A stretch of DNA of 64,000 bases. Source: Burkholderiaceae bacterium (GTDB taxonomy: Bacteria > Pseudomonadota > Gammaproteobacteria > Burkholderiales > Burkholderiaceae_C). Positions within the stretch are counted from its first letter, which is position 1, and the number at the start of each line of letters is the position of its first letter. Shown piece by piece: positions 30,078 to 40,124 of this stretch. The position numbers were made by a program, and so were the translations under genes. Location of the stretch: assembly GCA_031253795.1 (NCBI GenBank), contig JAIRVR010000066.1, positions 4,258 to 68,257 on the forward strand, in the 5' to 3' direction. The notes beneath the pieces were generated by a model, which ran no database searches, had not been told where the DNA came from, and saw only the letters and a list, made by a program, of their open reading frames with translations.

Positions 30078-31082
30078 ATGCTCGACGAACGTGCCAAGTT
30101 GTTGCTCAAAGCGCTGATCGAGCGCTATATCGCCGATGGCCAGCCCGTGGGCTCGCGCACGCTGTCGCGCGCGTCCGGGCTTGAATTGTCGCCTGCCACG
30201 ATACGCAACGTGATGGCCGACCTCGAAGACCTGGGGTTGATCATCAGTCCGCATACGTCAGCAGGCAGGATTCCGACCGCGCGGGGCTACCGCCTGTTCG
30301 TGGACACCATGCTCACGGTGGACCGTGCAGATTTCGTGACGCCCGAACTGGTGCCCGAGCAGCCCCAGAAGGTCATCGCCAATGCGGCCAACCTGCTGTC
30401 CAACCTGTCGCAGTTCGTGGGCGTGGTGCTGGTGCCGCGTCGCACCTCGGTATTCAAGCACATCGAATTCGTGCGCCTGTCCGAGCGGCGCTTCCTGGTC
30501 ATCATCGTCTCGCCGGATGGCGACGTGCAAAACCGCGTGATCTTCACCGATGTCGACTACACGGCGTCGCAACTGGTGGAGGCGTCCAATTTCCTCAACA
30601 GCCACTATGCAGGCCTGGCCATGGAGGAGGTGCGCGAGCGCCTCAAGGGCGAGGTGGAACTGCTGCGCGGCGAGGTGGCGTCGCTGATGCAGGCGGCCGT
30701 CAATGTGGGCACCGAGGCCATGAGCAAGGCCCAGGAGGATGTGGTGATCTCGGGCGAGCGCAATCTGCTGTCGGTCAGCGATTTCTCCAGCGACATGGGC
30801 AATCTGCGCCGCGCCTTCGACCTGTTCGAGCAGAAGACCCAGATCCTGAGGCTGCTGGACTTCTCAAGCCAGGCCGAGGGCGTGCGCATCTACATCGGTG
30901 GCGAAAGCCAGGTCGTGCCCTTCGAGGAACTGTCCGTGGTGAGCGCTCCCTACGAGCTGGATGGCAAGGTGGTCGGAACCCTGGGCGTCATAGGGCCGAC
31001 CCGCATGCATTACGACCGCATGATCCAGATCGTGGACATCACCTCCAAACTTGTCAGCAATGCCCTGAGCCACAAGCGCTAG
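30078..31082 (+). CDS. hrcA: Heat-inducible transcription repressor HrcA
   Basis: [37 protein letters not shown]. Confidence 0.97.
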   Translation: MLDERAKLLLKALIERYIADGQPVGSRTLSRASGLELSPATIRNVMADLEDLGLIISPHTSAGRIPTARGYRLFVDTMLTVDRADFVTPELVPEQPQKVIANAANLLSNLSQFVGVVLVPRRTSVFKHIEFVRLSERRFLVIIVSPDGDVQNRVIFTDVDYTASQLVEASNFLNSHYAGLAMEEVRERLKGEVELLRGEVASLMQAAVNVGTEAMSKAQEDVVISGERNLLSVSDFSSDMGNLRRAFDLFEQKTQILRLLDFSSQAEGVRIYIGGESQVVPFEELSVVSAPYELDGKVVGTLGVIGPTRMHYDRMIQIVDITSKLVSNALSHKR

Positions 31083-31116
31083 GCACTACAATGCCTGGAT
31101 CTGCTGCGGCAGATGC

Positions 31117-31195
<79 letters not shown>

Positions 31196-31207
31196 TCGTT
31201 TGGTATG

Positions 31208-31242
31208 AAAAGCCTGCCTCCTCCAAAGGGGCAGGCTTTTTT
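31208..31242 (+). terminator. Intrinsic terminator after tRNA-CAT
   Basis: AAAAGCCTGCC...GGCAGGCTTTTTT. Confidence 0.85.
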
Positions 31243-31306
31243 GCATGCGGCGGCACGGCAGTTGCCGTGCCCTGCCGCCGATGTCCATTGCACGGAGGAA
31301 ATCCCT

Positions 31307-31780
31307 GTGACCGCCTTGCCACCGCTGCAGATACGCCCTGTGCAGCTGTCCGACTTCGACCCCTGGCTTGCCTTGTGGGATGGCTATAACGCCTTTTACG
31401 GACGCAGTGGTGCCACGGCCCTGCCGCCGGAGATCACGCGCACGACCTGGGAGCGCTTGCACAATCCGCTGGAGCCTGTATTCGCCCTGGTGGCGGAAAG
31501 CCAGGGCGAGCTGGTCGGGCTGACCCACTACCTGTTCCACCGCAGCACCACGCGCCTGGGCCCGGTCTGCTATCTGCAGGACCTGTTCGCCGATGCGCGC
31601 CGACGTGGGCAAGGCATCGGCAAGGCGCTGATCCACGGAGTCTACGAGCAGGCGGCGCGGGCCGGCGCAAGCCGCGTTTACTGGCAGACCCAGGCCGGCA
31701 ACGAGGCCGGGCGCGCGCTGTACGACAAGGTGGCCGAGCATCGGGGCTTCATCGTTTACGGGCACGAGATCCAGGCCTGA
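31307..31780 (+). CDS. GNAT family N-acetyltransferase
   Basis: YLQDLF, RRGQGIG acetyl-CoA motif, N..GRALYDK; GGAGG RBS before GTG. Confidence 0.9.
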   Translation: MTALPPLQIRPVQLSDFDPWLALWDGYNAFYGRSGATALPPEITRTTWERLHNPLEPVFALVAESQGELVGLTHYLFHRSTTRLGPVCYLQDLFADARRRGQGIGKALIHGVYEQAARAGASRVYWQTQAGNEAGRALYDKVAEHRGFIVYGHEIQA

Positions 31781-31920
31781 GTCTCCGGGGGGCTAGTCCT
31801 TCCCTGCATCCCGGTCAAAAGCGTTTAACCCGCAGGAAACCCCCTGTCCGGGTCGCGCGGCCGTGGTCTTGTAATGCAATCCCACATCGCCGGCCCAAGC
31901 CGGGCCGCAGGGACAGGAAC

Positions 31921-33504
31921 ATGGGACTCGCCAACTTGAACATCGCACGCCGCCTGGCCGTGGGCTTCGGCCTTGTCATCGTGCTGCTGGGGGCCATCAC
32001 GGCCATCAGCCACAGCCAGCTGGTCCGTCTGCAGGACAGCATCGTGCGCGTGACGCAGCAGCGCTACCCCAGCACCGTGCTGGCCAACAGCATCCAGATC
32101 CAGGTCAACAAGATCGCGCTGGATCTGCGCGATCTGATGCTGACCGATGACGCGGCCAGGATCCAGGCTCTGGTGCAGGACGCCGCGGCAGCGGACGAGA
32201 AGATGCACGCCGGCCTGCTGCGCATGGCCGAGGCGGCACACACCGCGCAGGAAAAGCAGAAGGTCCAGGCCACGCTGGCCGCGCGCGATGCCTACGTGCC
32301 CGTGCGCGACGGCCTGCTGCGGCTGGCGCTAGAAGGTCGCGAGGGCGAGGCCAGGGCCTACCTGCATGCACGGTTCATGCCGCCGCAGATCCAGTACTTC
32401 ATCGCGCTGGATGCCATGTTCGACCACCAGGGAGCCCTGATGGATGCGGCCGGCAACCAGGCCGTGAAAGAGGCCGTGCATGCCCGCACCCTCATCCACG
32501 CGCTGGCGGCGGCGGCGCTGGTGCTGAGCGCCCTGGCTGGGTGGCTGGTGTCGCGCAGCATCACGCGGCCGTTGACGGAGGCGGTCCAGGTGGCCCACCG
32601 CGTGGCCGAGGGCGACCTGGGAGTGCGGGTTCCGGTCCGCTCCCGCGACGAGACCGGCCAGCTCATGGCGGCACTGCGTGCCATGAGCCACAGCCTGGGC
32701 GCCATCGTGCGCCAGGTGCGCGAGGGCACGGACACCATCGCCGTGGCATCGAGCGAGATCGCACGTGGTGGCATGGACCTGTCGTCGCGAACGGAGCAGC
32801 AGGCGAGTGCCCTGGAACAGACGGCGGCCGCCATGGAGCAGCTGACCAGCGCCGTGCGCGGCAACGCGGTCCACGCCGGACAGGCCAACGAATGGGCCGT
32901 GGCCGCTTCGGCCGTGGCGGGCCAGGCAGGCCAGGCCATGGGGGAGGTGGTGGAGACCATGGGGGCCATCAAGCGCTCGTCGGACCGCATCGTGGACATC
33001 ATCGGGGTGATCGACGCCATCGCCTTCCAGACCAATATCCTGGCACTCAATGCCGCGGTGGAAGCGGCCCGCGCGGGCGAGCAGGGCCGGGGCTTCGCCG
33101 TGGTGGCCGGCGAGGTGCGACTGCTGGCACAGCGCAGCGCCGAGGCGGCCAGGGAAATCAAGGCTTTGATCACCGATGCCGGGGCCAACGTGGACCATGG
33201 CAGCGCCCTGGTCGGCCGGGCCGGTGCGACCATGGCCGAGGTGGTGGGCAGCGTGGAGCGCGTGGCCGGTGCCGTGGGCGAGATCAGCCGCAGCAGCCAG
33301 GAGCAAAGCCGCGGCATTGCCGAAGTCAGTGCCGCCGTGGGGGGGATGGACCAGACCACGCAGCAAAACGCCGCCCTGGTGGAAGAGACGGCCGCGGCGG
33401 CGCGGTCGCTGCAGGAACAGGCGGCCAGGCTGGCGCATCTGGTGACCGTGTTCCGCCTGGAGGCGACGCCACCTGCCCGGCTGCCTGCACCGGCGGCTGC
33501 CTGA
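31921..33504 (+). CDS. Methyl-accepting chemotaxis protein (4HB sensor, HAMP, signalling domain)
   Basis: Two TMs flanking a long periplasmic domain, [40 protein letters not shown]. Confidence 0.95.
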   Translation: MGLANLNIARRLAVGFGLVIVLLGAITAISHSQLVRLQDSIVRVTQQRYPSTVLANSIQIQVNKIALDLRDLMLTDDAARIQALVQDAAAADEKMHAGLLRMAEAAHTAQEKQKVQATLAARDAYVPVRDGLLRLALEGREGEARAYLHARFMPPQIQYFIALDAMFDHQGALMDAAGNQAVKEAVHARTLIHALAAAALVLSALAGWLVSRSITRPLTEAVQVAHRVAEGDLGVRVPVRSRDETGQLMAALRAMSHSLGAIVRQVREGTDTIAVASSEIARGGMDLSSRTEQQASALEQTAAAMEQLTSAVRGNAVHAGQANEWAVAASAVAGQAGQAMGEVVETMGAIKRSSDRIVDIIGVIDAIAFQTNILALNAAVEAARAGEQGRGFAVVAGEVRLLAQRSAEAAREIKALITDAGANVDHGSALVGRAGATMAEVVGSVERVAGAVGEISRSSQEQSRGIAEVSAAVGGMDQTTQQNAALVEETAAAARSLQEQAARLAHLVTVFRLEATPPARLPAPAAA

Positions 33505-33569
33505 GTTTTTCAAAAAAATGGCATATTTAGCCGGAAGCGCCGCGCGCCGCTGCTACAATGCGAAGCGTT

Positions 33570-33646
33570 GCGGCTGTAGCTCAGCTGGATAGAGTACTTG
33601 GCTACGAACCAAGGGGTCGTGGGTTCGATTCCTGCCAGCCGCACCA
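33570..33646 (+). tRNA. tRNA-Arg(ACG)
   Basis: GCGGCTG/CAGCCGC acceptor, CTTGG-CTACGAA-CCAAG anticodon arm, CCA end; TGcTACAAT promoter upstream. Confidence 0.97.
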
Positions 33647-33654
33647 TCAAACGC

Positions 33655-33689
33655 AAAGCCCTGGAGCTGAAAGACTCCAGGGCTTTTTC
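33655..33689. terminator. Bidirectional-type intrinsic terminator between tRNA-Arg and the CHASE2 kinase gene
   Basis: AAAGCCCTGGAG...CTCCAGGGCTTTTT. Confidence 0.85.
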
Positions 33690-33732
33690 GTTTCTGCCTT
33701 CGCCCGCTGCCGGCGAGAACTTCCCTGGCCTG

Positions 33733-36147
33733 CTATGCCTGCTGCTGCGGACCCGCCACCGGCCGAAGAATGGGCAGCACGATGGCAAAGCTGCTGCCCT
33801 GGCCCGGCGTGCTGCGGATCTCCAGCCGGCCCCCGTGGCGCTCGGCCACGGTGCGTGCAAAGGCCAGGCCCAGGCCCACGCCGTCGAGCCGCTGGTGCTG
33901 GTCCAGGCGCTCGAAGGGGCGGCTCAGGCGCTGCACGGCCATGGCGTCCATGCCGGGGCCCTGGTCGCGGATCTCGATGCGGCCGCTTTCGCCGTCGGCC
34001 TGCACCAGGCAGTGCACGGTCGCTTCGACCTCTTGCGCCGCGCCGCTGGCCATGTCGCTGCCAGCTGCATTCTTGCGGCCGTATTTGATGGCATTGCCTA
34101 TGAGGTTGACGGCTGCCCGGTGCAGCAGGCCGGCATCGCCCACGACCTCGATGGCGTGTTCCGGCAGGCTGAACTGCAGGCGCACCTGGGCGGCCGATGC
34201 CTGGGCCCAGCAGCTTTCCACGGCCTGGTCGAGCACGACGCCCAGGTCCAGTGGTTCGCGGCGCAGGCTTTGCTGCTGGGCGCGTGCCAGGTGAACGAAG
34301 TCGTCGGCCAGCTTCAGCGAGGATTGCGCATAGCCTGCTATGCGTGGCAGCAGCATGTCGCCAGCCGTGCCTGCGGCCGCGCCCGACGGGCCGCGCTGCA
34401 TTTCGAGCAGGGTGATGATGGAGGCAATGGGCGCGCGTATGTCATGGGAGATGAACTCCATGGCCTGGTCGCGCTGGGCCTGGGTGTGGCGCAGTTCGCT
34501 GATGTCGACCAGGGTGATGAGCCAGCCCTGGGTGGGAGGCGCCTCGAAGGCCTGGGCCAGCAGCATCAGATGGCGGTCCTGGGCATCGCTCCCCTCGCTG
34601 CTGGCGGGCAGGCTGCCCTGTGCCAGGGCCTGGGCCGTCAGCAGCACGCGGCCGGGTGTGGCGTCGCTGGCAGGCGTTTGCAGACCTTGCAGCAGCCGGG
34701 GCAGGTCGTCGCCGGGCTGGAGGCCATGGCCCAGGCTGGCGGCATAGGCGTGGGCTGCGGCATTGGCCAGAAGCACCCGGCCCTGGCGGTCGCAGACAAA
34801 GGTGGGCGAAGGCAGTTGGCGCAGGCTTTCGCTGACGAAATGGTGCAGGGAGCGCAACTGGTGCGAGGCCTGTTCCACCGCGGCAATGCGCTGGTCCAGC
34901 AGGTCGCCTCCCAGGCTGGCCGACATGGTCAGGCCCTGGCCGCGCAGGTCGCGCAGTTCCAGGGCCAGGAAACGCGCCGCGGCGCGCAGACGCAGCCAGC
35001 TCCACAGCGGATAGGCCAGGGCCAGGCCCACCAGGGCGGCAGCGGGCGCGGTCTGGACCTGCCACAGGCGCGGGGCCAGGCCTGCCAGCATCAGGCTGGC
35101 CAGGGCCAGCAGCAGGCAGGCCAGCATGCCGCCCGAGGGACCCAGCCAGGCCAGGGCCAGCAGGGCGGCCAGCACCGGGGCGAGGTTGAGGGCGCGGTCC
35201 AGCGAGGCAGCGGCGGGCTGCAAATGGGTGTGCTGCAGGTTGCCGTTGAGCACATGGGCCAGCAGCTCCACGCTGGGCACGGGGCGCGTGGACGCACCCA
35301 GCGGCGCCGTGAACCAGGTGCCCAGACCGGCGGCCGTCGTGCCGATGAGCACGTATTTGTTGCGGAACGCGGCCGCGGGAATCTTGCCGCGCAGCACGTC
35401 GATGTAGGAATAGGTGGTGAAGGGCGCGGTGCCGCCTGGGCCGTCCGTGCGCGGCGGTTGGGCGAAGGCGATGATTTCGTACTGCCCGCGCGTCCAGGCC
35501 GAAGGGCTGGCCGGAGCCTGGGGCGGGGGCTGGACACAGGCACGGCCCGTTTCGCCCAGGCAGTGCAAGGCCATGGCCATGTGCCACCAGGGGGCGGCCG
35601 CCGGGCCCTCCAGGGCGTAGAACCCCCGCACTTCGCCGTTGGCATCGACGGGCAGCTGGGTATGGCCCAGGCCGGCGGCGGCGTCCGCCAGGGCGGGCAG
35701 CGGCGCCATGCCCGGTGCCACGGGCAGCACGGTACGGCCGTTGGCGCGCAGGCTGCGCGCCAGGAGCAGGTCATCGCCGGGGTAGTCCCAGTCCTCTTCG
35801 CTGAACACCACGTCCAGGCCGATGGCGCGTGGTGGCGCCTGGGCGATGTTTTCCAGCAGGGCCGCGTGCAGGGCACGGCGCCAGGGCCAGCGGCCTATGG
35901 CGGCAATGCTGGCATCGTCGATGGCAACGACCACGATATCGGCCGATGCCCGGGGCTGGTGCAGCCAGCTGGCGGCGTCCTGCACCAGGTGGTTGGCGCG
36001 CGGCAGCTGGCCGGGGCCGCTGAGCCAGAACACCAGGGACAGCAGGCCGGCCGCCAGCAGGGCCCAGTCACGGCGCAGCCCGTGGCGCCGCGAAGGCCGC
36101 GGGGGCGCCGCCGTGGTCATTGCGTGTTCGGGCGGGGACGGCTCCAT
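33733..36147 (-). CDS. CHASE2-domain sensor histidine kinase (CHASE2, 3 TM, PAS-like, HisKA, HATPase)
   Basis: IVVVAIDDASI..IGRWPWRR, IGLDVVFSE, KYVLIGTTA CHASE2 motifs; FISHDIRAP H-box, NAIKYG, DQGPG, GVGLGL. Confidence 0.92.
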   Translation of the reverse strand: MEPSPPEHAMTTAAPPRPSRRHGLRRDWALLAAGLLSLVFWLSGPGQLPRANHLVQDAASWLHQPRASADIVVVAIDDASIAAIGRWPWRRALHAALLENIAQAPPRAIGLDVVFSEEDWDYPGDDLLLARSLRANGRTVLPVAPGMAPLPALADAAAGLGHTQLPVDANGEVRGFYALEGPAAAPWWHMAMALHCLGETGRACVQPPPQAPASPSAWTRGQYEIIAFAQPPRTDGPGGTAPFTTYSYIDVLRGKIPAAAFRNKYVLIGTTAAGLGTWFTAPLGASTRPVPSVELLAHVLNGNLQHTHLQPAAASLDRALNLAPVLAALLALAWLGPSGGMLACLLLALASLMLAGLAPRLWQVQTAPAAALVGLALAYPLWSWLRLRAAARFLALELRDLRGQGLTMSASLGGDLLDQRIAAVEQASHQLRSLHHFVSESLRQLPSPTFVCDRQGRVLLANAAAHAYAASLGHGLQPGDDLPRLLQGLQTPASDATPGRVLLTAQALAQGSLPASSEGSDAQDRHLMLLAQAFEAPPTQGWLITLVDISELRHTQAQRDQAMEFISHDIRAPIASIITLLEMQRGPSGAAAGTAGDMLLPRIAGYAQSSLKLADDFVHLARAQQQSLRREPLDLGVVLDQAVESCWAQASAAQVRLQFSLPEHAIEVVGDAGLLHRAAVNLIGNAIKYGRKNAAGSDMASGAAQEVEATVHCLVQADGESGRIEIRDQGPGMDAMAVQRLSRPFERLDQHQRLDGVGLGLAFARTVAERHGGRLEIRSTPGQGSSFAIVLPILRPVAGPQQQA

Positions 36148-36168
36148 GGCCTTTGTGCGGCAGCCGCA

Positions 36169-37953
36169 TCACTGGCGCTGCAGCCGGTCCCCATGGCCCA
36201 TGTGCAGCATGCGGCCGCTGGCGTCGGTGATCCAGCTGCCGGTCTGGAACTGGCGCGCTGCCGAGAATTCGCTGCGCAGGCCGTTGGCATCCTCGATCTG
36301 CAGGCGCATGAAGTAGTTGCCCGGCGGCAAGGCCTCGGTGCTCCATTCGGGACGGTCCACCCAGACATCGACCAGGGGCTGGGCAAAGTCCTGGCCGCTG
36401 GCAGCCTGCACGCGGTAGCGTTGGCCGGCTTCGCCGCTCCAGCGGATATGGCGGCTGCCCTGGCCCTGGCCACCGTCGAGCTGCAGGGCATCGGCCGAGG
36501 GCTGGCGTGGCGCGACAGCCAGTTGCAGGCCCTGGGGCGCGGCGAACGGACCCTGGTCGGCCTGGCCATCGGGCAGCAGGCGCACGCTGGCCGCACGCCA
36601 CAGGTAGCGGCCGGCCGGCAGGGAAGCCAAGGCCTCGGCCGCCAGGCCGCAGTCCTGCAGGTCCCGGGCGTCCACCACGGGATGGGCGAAGGCGTCCGCA
36701 TCCGGCGCGGCGGCGGCTACCTGAATGCGATAGCGCGCCGCGCCGACGACGCGCGTGCACTGCAGGCCCGCACGGCCCAGGCCGACGACGGCGTCGGCGG
36801 CCGGCGCCTCGTACAGCGGCGGCACGGGATGGGCCTTGACGCGCAGCGCATGGCTGCTGGCGCGTCCCGGCACGCCCTGGGCGTCGACGCCGCGGATGGA
36901 CAGCACGTAGTCGCCGTCCTCCACGCCGGACAGGCGCAGGGGCGAGGCCGTGAAGCTGCCGTTGCGCAGCACCTGGGTCAGCTCGGCATCGCGGGCCAGC
37001 ATGACCTGGTAGCGCACGGCGCCTGCTTGCGTGGGCAGGGGCAGGCTGACCCAGTTGGCATCCTCGGCCAGGGCGGGCCATGCGCTGGTGTCCGGCGCAT
37101 CGAGCATGTCGCGGGCCTGTCCAATGCGGCCATCGGCCGCCACGGCCAGGCCCTGGCCAGGGTGCAGCAGCGTGCCGCCACCCTGGGCCGCAGGCAGGGT
37201 GGAGTCGACAGCGACCGAGCCATGGTCCACGGCCGCGACAGTACCCGTGCCTGAGTCCGCATCGCCGTGGGTCTGGACCAGAAAGCGCGTGCCGCGCACG
37301 CTGGTGGATGCCGCGGGTGTGCGGATCTCGAAGCGGCGCTGGCCGGCCTGGGCATCGGGTGCCACCGTGGCCTCTACGCTGCCCTCGCGCAGGTCCAGCA
37401 CGGACTGCAGACTGCCGGCACGGCCCTTGCGGCGCATCTGGCGCAGCAGCACATCGGACTGAGACTGGACACGGACCAGGGATCCATCGGCCAACCGCAC
37501 GGCGACGAAGGCATCGGGCGCCAGCTGCAGGCGGTCCCCCTCCTGCAGGGCCTGACCCTGGCGTACCGGGCTGGGCGCCACGCCGGTTGCGGGGGTGTCA
37601 GCCAGGTGGTCGAGGGGGCGCGAGGCGCGCACGTCACCCTGCACGAATTCCACGGAGGCGGCCGCGGCACGCAGCAGGCGGCTGGGAATTTCCAGCACCG
37701 AGCCGGGGCGCAGGCGATAGGGATTGGCCACCCCGTTGTGCTGCTGCAGCAGCGACCACTGGCGGTGGTCGCCCAGATAGCGGGCTGCCAACTGCTCCAG
37801 CGTGTCACCGGCCACGACGCGGTGGGCGATCACGTCGCCGCCGCGCGGCATGGGCGTGATCTGGGCCTGGGCCGCACCCATGGCCAGCAGCGCGTAGGCC
37901 AGGGCGGGGCCGCGCCAGCGCGACGGGAGGCAAGGCGACGGCAGGGCTGTCAT
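36169..37953 (-). CDS. Exported LysM + FecR-domain protein with C-terminal Ig/Fn3-like repeats
   Basis: Signal peptide; LysM (HRVVAGDTLEQLAARYL...NPYRLRPGSVLEIP); FecR (EGDRL...DGS...FEIRTP...VRGTRF); three Y.V.....G.Y beta repeats. Confidence 0.85.
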   Translation of the reverse strand: MTALPSPCLPSRWRGPALAYALLAMGAAQAQITPMPRGGDVIAHRVVAGDTLEQLAARYLGDHRQWSLLQQHNGVANPYRLRPGSVLEIPSRLLRAAAASVEFVQGDVRASRPLDHLADTPATGVAPSPVRQGQALQEGDRLQLAPDAFVAVRLADGSLVRVQSQSDVLLRQMRRKGRAGSLQSVLDLREGSVEATVAPDAQAGQRRFEIRTPAASTSVRGTRFLVQTHGDADSGTGTVAAVDHGSVAVDSTLPAAQGGGTLLHPGQGLAVAADGRIGQARDMLDAPDTSAWPALAEDANWVSLPLPTQAGAVRYQVMLARDAELTQVLRNGSFTASPLRLSGVEDGDYVLSIRGVDAQGVPGRASSHALRVKAHPVPPLYEAPAADAVVGLGRAGLQCTRVVGAARYRIQVAAAAPDADAFAHPVVDARDLQDCGLAAEALASLPAGRYLWRAASVRLLPDGQADQGPFAAPQGLQLAVAPRQPSADALQLDGGQGQGSRHIRWSGEAGQRYRVQAASGQDFAQPLVDVWVDRPEWSTEALPPGNYFMRLQIEDANGLRSEFSAARQFQTGSWITDASGRMLHMGHGDRLQRQ

Positions 37954-38663
37954 GGCTGGTCGGGCCGGGTTTCAGGGGCGGGATCGGGCACATCGAGGCG
38001 GTAGCCATAGCCATAGACGGCGCTGATGGCATAGGGCTGGCCCGCGCGCAGGTTCAGCAGTGCGCGCAGGCGCGAGATATGGGTGTCCAGCGAGCGCGAC
38101 TGCACCTCGGCGTTGTGGCCCCAAACGGCTTCGCGCAGGTGGTCGCGGGACAGCAGGCGGCCCTGGTTCTGGAACAGGGTCAGGGCCAGCATGTACTCGC
38201 GGTGCGTCAGTTCCATGGGTTGGCCATGGACTTCAAGGCTGTTGGTGGCCGTCTGAAAGCGGTAGGGGCCGAACTCCATCACGCTTTGCGTGTTCACCGG
38301 ATAGGCGCGACGCAGCAGCGCCGCGAGTCGTGCGCGCAGCTCGCCGTGGCGAACGGGCTTGACCATGAAGTCGTCCGCACCGCAGGCCAGGCCTTCTACG
38401 ATGTCGGCCTCTTCGCTGCGGTGGGTGACGATGAGCACGGGCAGCTCCTTGCTGACATGCTCGCGCACCCAGCGCACCAGGTCCGTGCCCTCCATGTCGG
38501 GCAGGTGCCAGTCCACGATCAGCAGGTCGAAGCTTTCGCGGCGCAGATCCTGCTGCAGGGCGCCACCCGTCGTATAGGCATGGCAGCTGTGGCCTGCTTC
38601 CAGTGCAACCTGGCGCAGCATGTCCAGTTGCAACTGATCATCGTCCAGAGCAGCGATACGCAT
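37950..38663 (-). CDS. OmpR-family response regulator
   Basis: MRIAALDDD, VDWHLPD, GADDF.VKP, SRSLDTHISRLR, YGYGYRL; ATGA overlap with the next gene. Confidence 0.93.
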   Translation of the reverse strand: MRIAALDDDQLQLDMLRQVALEAGHSCHAYTTGGALQQDLRRESFDLLIVDWHLPDMEGTDLVRWVREHVSKELPVLIVTHRSEEADIVEGLACGADDFMVKPVRHGELRARLAALLRRAYPVNTQSVMEFGPYRFQTATNSLEVHGQPMELTHREYMLALTLFQNQGRLLSRDHLREAVWGHNAEVQSRSLDTHISRLRALLNLRAGQPYAISAVYGYGYRLDVPDPAPETRPDQP

Positions 38664-38751
38664 CCCAATGTCCTTTCATGCGGGAGCCGGTGGAACCGGC
38701 CCCGATGTAGCGGGCAAGCTGCCCGTGAATTCGCAGTGTCCCAAACAGAGC

Positions 38752-40059
38752 TTACCCCTGCTCCGCAGCCTCGCGCAGCTGCTGCAGGGCGGCCAGGGCA
38801 AGCGCCTGTTGCTCGCCGGCGAAGGGCTGCAGGCGTGCCTGCAGGTCGGCCAGCGCCTCGGCGCCCTCGCGCTGCAGCCGGCCTATGGCCTGCCCGGCCT
38901 CCTTGGGGGCGTCGAAGCCCAGGCTCTGCAGCAGCAGCGCGCCATCGGCCGCCACCAGCTTGAAGTAGAACTTGCCATCGGCTTCGCGGTATTGCTTGAA
39001 CTGGGGCAGGGCCTGGCGTGCGGCCTTGGCCTTTGCGCCACCGGCCGCCTGTGCCAGGTTGCGCAGGCCGACGGCGCTGCGCAGCTCGCGCACGAAGGGA
39101 GTGGCCAGCCTGCGTGCCTTGGCGGCGCCGGCCTGCAGGATGTCTTCCAGCTCGCCGGGATGGGCCACCAGGTGTTCGTAGCGCTCGCGCATGGGCGCCA
39201 GCTCGCGGTCTATGCGTTCGAACAGCAACTGCTTGGCATCGCCCCAGGCAATGCCCTGCTCGTACTGGCGGCGAAGCGCCCCGGTTTCCTCTTCGCTGGC
39301 GAAGCCCTGGTAGATCTGGAACAGGGCCGAGCCTTCGACTTCCTTGGGCTCTCCGGGCGCGCGCGAATCGGTGGTGATGCTGTTGATGAGCTTGCGCAGC
39401 TGATCGCGCGCAGCGAACAGCGGAATGGTGTTGTTGTAGCTCTTGCTCATCTTGCGGCCGTCGAGGCCCGGCAGCGTGGCCACGTTGTCCTCGACCTGGG
39501 CCTCGGGCAGCGTGAAGAATTCGCTGCCATAGAGGTGGTTGAAGCTCGATGCCATGTCGCGCGCCATCTCGATGTGCTGCACCTGGTCCCGGCCGACGGG
39601 CACCTTGTGGGCGTTGAAGATCAGGATGTCGGCGCCCATGAGCACGGGGTACATGAACAGGCCGGCCGTCACACCGTCATCGGTTTCCGTGCCTGCCGCG
39701 TGGTTCTTGTCGACGGCGGCCTTGTAGGCATGGGCGCGGTTGAGCAGGCCCTTGCCCGTGACGCATGTCAGGAACCAGCACAGCTCGGGGATTTCGGGAA
39801 TGTCCGACTGGCGATAGAAGGTCACATGCTCGGGGTCCAGGCCCGCGGCCAGCCAGCTGGCGGCGATTTCGATGGTCGAGCGCTGCACGCGCGCGGGGTC
39901 CTGGCACTTGATGAGCGCGTGGTAGTCGGCGAGGAAGTAGAAGTTCTCGACCTCGCGCGAACGGCTGGCGGCAATGGCCGGGCGCAGCATGCCTGCGTAG
40001 TTGCCCAGGTGCGGGGTTCCGCTGGGAGTGATGCCGGTGAGAAAGCGCGTTGTGCTCAT
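38752..40059 (-). CDS. trpS: Tryptophan--tRNA ligase with C-terminal extension
   Basis: TPSGTPHLGNY (HIGH), YPVLMGADIL, VPVGRDQ, KMSKS. Confidence 0.97.
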   Translation of the reverse strand: MSTTRFLTGITPSGTPHLGNYAGMLRPAIAASRSREVENFYFLADYHALIKCQDPARVQRSTIEIAASWLAAGLDPEHVTFYRQSDIPEIPELCWFLTCVTGKGLLNRAHAYKAAVDKNHAAGTETDDGVTAGLFMYPVLMGADILIFNAHKVPVGRDQVQHIEMARDMASSFNHLYGSEFFTLPEAQVEDNVATLPGLDGRKMSKSYNNTIPLFAARDQLRKLINSITTDSRAPGEPKEVEGSALFQIYQGFASEEETGALRRQYEQGIAWGDAKQLLFERIDRELAPMRERYEHLVAHPGELEDILQAGAAKARRLATPFVRELRSAVGLRNLAQAAGGAKAKAARQALPQFKQYREADGKFYFKLVAADGALLLQSLGFDAPKEAGQAIGRLQREGAEALADLQARLQPFAGEQQALALAALQQLREAAEQG

Positions 40060-40124
40060 GACAGGAAACTGCAACAGGGAAATAAAGGGAGGGGCGGGGC
40101 GGATGGCGCAGGCCAGCCGCCACC

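Noticed and set aside
33598-37254. 1218-aa plus-strand ORF and other long antisense or alternate-frame ORFs (e.g. 49145-52858, 24227-26602, 16400-18271)
   Set aside because: Shadow ORFs expected in high-GC DNA; they overlap well-supported genes on the opposite strand and show no domain motifs
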